Below are positions 60,101 through 64,000 of a stretch of 64,000 nt of DNA, one piece after another. How positions within the stretch are numbered: the stretch's first letter is position 1; every line of letters starts with the position of its first letter. This DNA comes from Mobula birostris (lineage: Eukaryota). The notes under the pieces were generated by a model, which was not told where the DNA came from, did no database searches, and worked only from the letters and a program-made list of their open reading frames with translations. The stretch spans positions 24,939,649 to 25,003,648 of the forward strand of contig NC_092398.1 of the NCBI RefSeq assembly GCF_030028105.1, written 5' to 3'. The position numbers were made by a program, and so were the translations under genes.

Positions 60101-63100
60101 AGTGTTCAGCATACCCTTAACATAGAACATAGAACATAGAATAGCACAGCACAGTACAGGCCCTTCGGCACACAATGTTGTGCCGACCCTCAAACCCTGC
60201 CTCCTATATAAGCCCCCACCTTAGATTCCTCCATATACCCTTACTAATCAGTTGGACACTGTAATGGTCAGTCTTTATCCATCAGTCCACCAATGTTTAG
60301 GACTTAACGTTCCTTGAAATTACGGACGATTAGTGTATCTTAAATGCCCTGCCTCTTCCCACTTTAAATGCCCTGCCCTCAATACCCTATAAACCTTTAC
60401 GTGCCTAAAGGCTTCTAAATGCCTAACTGCCCTGCTTTTCATATCATCATCATCATCATCATCATCATCATCTTCATCATCAGTCCGATGAGCCCTGAGC
60501 CCAGACTCTCGTTTTGTGGCCACTGTCCACGGCTCTCTGGGTAACCGAGACATTTCGTCCAGCCAAGATAGCGCCGAGCTTCAGTCTCTATCGAGGTTGT
60601 GGCTCAGACTGAAACTGATATCGTAGGTTCGTATCAATGTTTTTGGTGACAGAGGGAGGTTTCACTGGTCAGGTTAGGATTTAGCGACAGGAATGTGGGG
60701 CAATTAGAGATCAGGCCAGGTCTAGGGCTTTACTCCACGAGCGAAGGCCACAGATGACGTGAATGAAGGACTTTCATGGATGGGTGTCCAGTTGGCGAAC
60801 ATGTTGGACAAAGACTAGCTGGTTATCCTCCACACCCTGGGTCAGTCAGTTCGCTATATAAGCAGTGTGATTGGACGTCGAGGAGGGCTGGTGGCCCCTT
60901 AGCTACTCTAGTTGGTGTGTCTGGAGTAGGGCTCTAATGCCATCGATGAGGCCGGAGTACGAGGACTGAAGTACAGGGTCCCATCATCATTGTGCCGTGC
61001 GGTCATGGACTGAAGGTCGATCGCGAGTCTGGATATTGAGACCCGATGGCCTCCGACGCTGGGTCACCAACAGCCCCAGCCAGCCGGCCTTTCCTGGGTT
61101 TGGAGGACGGTCTGTGTGTGCGGGCGTGCGTGGCGGGTCAGCGGGTGAGAGGGAGGTACAAGGTTTCCTTTGCTGTTGTTCTGCTGAATGTGGTGGGCAA
61201 GCTACGTCGGCGTCAGAATGTGTGACAAGACTGGCGGGCTGCACCCAACACAGCCTACTGGTTGTTTCGATGCACACACACAATATATCAATCAGTCCGA
61301 ATCTGGCGCCGTGGGACCCACTTCTGGAGCGAGCTGAGATTAAGATCTCAGAAGCCGCTCTTGGAGTCTTCGGGAACTGCTACGCTGTGGGAGACGGTAG
61401 CGATGATGTGAAGGCGCAGCGAGGGAAGGGCACTGCCGGGGCGGGTGGGGAATGGTACCGAGGGATTGCGGCACTGCGAGAAGAGCGGGGAAATATGGCA
61501 CTGCTGAGCTTTGTCAGGAACGCCACTCTGATGCAGTCTTCTAGAGTAGACGCTGCAGGTTCACATCAGCAAGTCAGGAAACAGTTGTATAAAACTTTGG
61601 AATGGGTGCACTTGGTTTAACTGTGTGCAGTTCTGACCATTCCATTACAGGAAAGATGAGGAGGAGTGGAGTTTACAGAGAAAATAGAACACATCACAGC
61701 ACAGAAAAGGTCGTGCGGCCCACAATGTAATTTGGAAGGTTCGGGGGTGGAATCTCATTGAAACCTTTCAAATGTTGAAAGGCCTAGACAGAGTATATGT
61801 GGGAAGGATGTGTCCCATGGTAGGGGAAGTCTAGGACAAGAGGGCACAGCCTCAGGATAGAGGGGCATCCATTTAAAACAGAGATGTGCAGAAATTTCTT
61901 TAGCCAGAGTCTGGAGAATTTGTCGAATCTGTCAGCTGTGGAGGCCAGGTCGTTGGGTGGATTTAAGGAAGAGCTTGATAGGTTCTTTACTGGACACAGC
62001 ATCAAAGGTTACGGGGAGTGGGGCTGTCGCGGGGGCGGGGGGGTGGATCAGCCATGATTGAGTGGCAGAGCAGATTTGATGAGCCAAATAACATAATTCT
62101 TCCCCCATGTGTTAGGATGTTATGTTATGTCCAGCTATTTACCTACTCTAAGATTAATCCAACCCTTCCGTCCTACATAGCCCTCCATTGTTCTATCATC
62201 CATTTGCCTGTCCAAGAGTTTCTTAAATGTCCCCAAAGTATGTGTGTCCACTACCACCCCGCTGATGCGTCCCGCGCACCCACCACTCTCTGTGTGAAAA
62301 ACCTACCTCTGACATACCCTCTATACTTTCCTCTAATCTCCTTAAAATTATACCCCATCATATTAGGCATTTCCGCCCTGAGATAAAGCCTCTGGCTGTC
62401 CACTCGATCGATGCATATTATCGTCTTGCGCACCTCTATCAGGTCACCTTTATCAGGTCCTTTGCTGCGGAGAGAAAAGCCCCAGCTTTCTGAACCTGTC
62501 TTCATGCGACATGCTCTCTAATCCAGGCAGCATTCTGGTAAATCTTCTCTGCACCCTCTCTAAATGAAGTGGTCTGAACTAAACACAATGCTTCAAGTGT
62601 GATCTAACTGGAGTTCTGTGGATATGAAACATTATCTGATGGATCTGAAACGTAATCCTCCGACTGATGACGGCCAATACTCCTTATGCTTTCTTCACCG
62701 TTCTCTCGCCTTGCTACCGACTTTGAGGCATCTATGGGCTCCGTCTCTGTTCCTCCGCACTGCTAAAAGTTCTGACATAAACTCTGCCTTCAAGTTCAAC
62801 CTTACAAAGTGAGTTATTTCACACTTTTCTGCGTAACACTCTGAGGTGTCAGAGTTCAGTGAATCAGCGATGACAGACTCTTTGGAGAGGGTGCAGAAAA
62901 TGGGGCAAGTACGACTCAAGGGTTGAAACGGCTTCTAGATGGGCACGGGATAGAGGTACAGGAGCAGTATGACTTGGTCTGGCAGCATGGGCACGGACCT
63001 CATCTCTCTGGCTGTGAAACTGCAGAGGACCCTGTCACCACCGGGGTCTCATCACAAAGACAACAGCCGTTTACAGTTTACTGTTTACCGTTTACCTCTG

Positions 63101-64000
63101 TTGAGCGCTACACCGACATTGAATTATACTTATAAACTTAACTGTGGCAATATTTTGTGTCATGCGCTGTGTATGATGTATATTTTGTATGTTTCCGTGG
63201 TCCCGGGGAGCAATGCTTCGTTTGATCGTATATATGTACCGCCAGATGATAACAAATGTGAACTTGAGAAGGCGAAAGGATAAGTGACGTGTAGAAGTTA
63301 AATATATCATGCACTGCGTGATTGTTGACTGGAAATCGTTGTCATACAGACTCATAGATGGTGATTTAAAGGAACATCTGAAAATATATGGACGGACACA
63401 AACGCAAGCGAAGGCTGGGGTGACAAGTGTATTTACCTATGACAGGATTGTGTTGAAAACTTGGCAGATGAAGGTTAATCCCGAATCAGTGGCCTGCTAC
63501 ACACTGTGCGTGGGGTGAGGTTAAATGCAATCATAAAGTATTTATTGAATGGACTGGATGCTTGGAAATGTTAATGAACAGTCGGAACTTTGGCTGGACC
63601 TCCATGTCTTTCTGAATGTAACATAGCACGGAGAGATGTTGGTAAAGAAGGAGTAAGCATCCTTCTCTTAAATGGCCGTATTTTTAGTGATGTTCAATAA
63701 GTCTTGCAGCACTGCGTGAATGATTGAACGTCGATATCTCAGACTTCCAGTTCATTTTCCCCCTCTATTTTCCATTACTTTAATTCTCCACTCTGCCCCC
63801 ACTTACTTCCTCTCTCTTCTCCCGGCGCATTTCCTCCGCATACTGCCCCGTTCCTCTCTCCTGTGATCCACTCGCTTTTCCGATCTGATCCCTTCGTCTG
63901 CTATTTGTCTTCCACTTATCACCACCTAACATTGCTTCACACCCCTCTGGTATTCACTACTTTAACTGCCACTTTCTAGTCTGTACACATTCTCCTCCGT
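57118..64000. repeat. Tandem segmental duplication, unit C (partial, runs off window)
   Basis: About 99% like 30083-36970 and shares the B-type deletions. Offset is 27035, then 27026 after a shorter (ATC)n. Confidence 0.97.
57581..57849 (-). pseudogene. Ig C1-set exon, copy C (frameshift, Trp to Cys, extra TAA stop)
   Basis: Same splice sites and length. CAA becomes TAA six codons before the first Cys (plus strand tatatttagcccc). Confidence 0.85.

Noticed and set aside
1-64000. CRISPR arrays, rRNA, operons or defence systems
   Set aside because: No regularly spaced short repeats or rRNA motifs; the sequence is spliceosomal-intron, TE-rich vertebrate DNA.

Overview
Eukaryotic vertebrate DNA, very probably a cartilaginous fish. 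This is inferred from the CR1, V-SINE, Rex1-Babar and Penelope repeat landscape and the two-exon GPR139-like receptor family. The window is a tandem segmental-duplication array: unit A 1-30082, unit B 30083-57117, and a partial unit C 57118-64000 (period about 27.03 kb). Units A and B each carry an intact two-exon class A GPCR on the minus strand (GPR139/GPR142-like; 383 aa in A, 359 aa in B). All three units carry an orphan Ig C1-set (MHC-like) exon with a shared 1-bp frameshift that the ORF track hides. The rest is transposon debris: a long CR1 LINE, Charlie-type hAT non-autonomous elements, a full-length decayed hAT with a perfect 8-bp TSD, Rex1/Babar fragments, V-SINEs and Penelope-type fragments with degenerate hammerhead motifs. 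Identity between units is mosaic, by eye: several percent divergence, then about 0.5%, then none, then about 1%. This suggests unequal crossing-over plus conversion, or partly an assembly artefact. I found no prokaryotic features, rRNA, true tRNA or CRISPR. Repeat boundaries and substitution counts were made by eye and are approximate unless TIR, TSD or splice sites are quoted.
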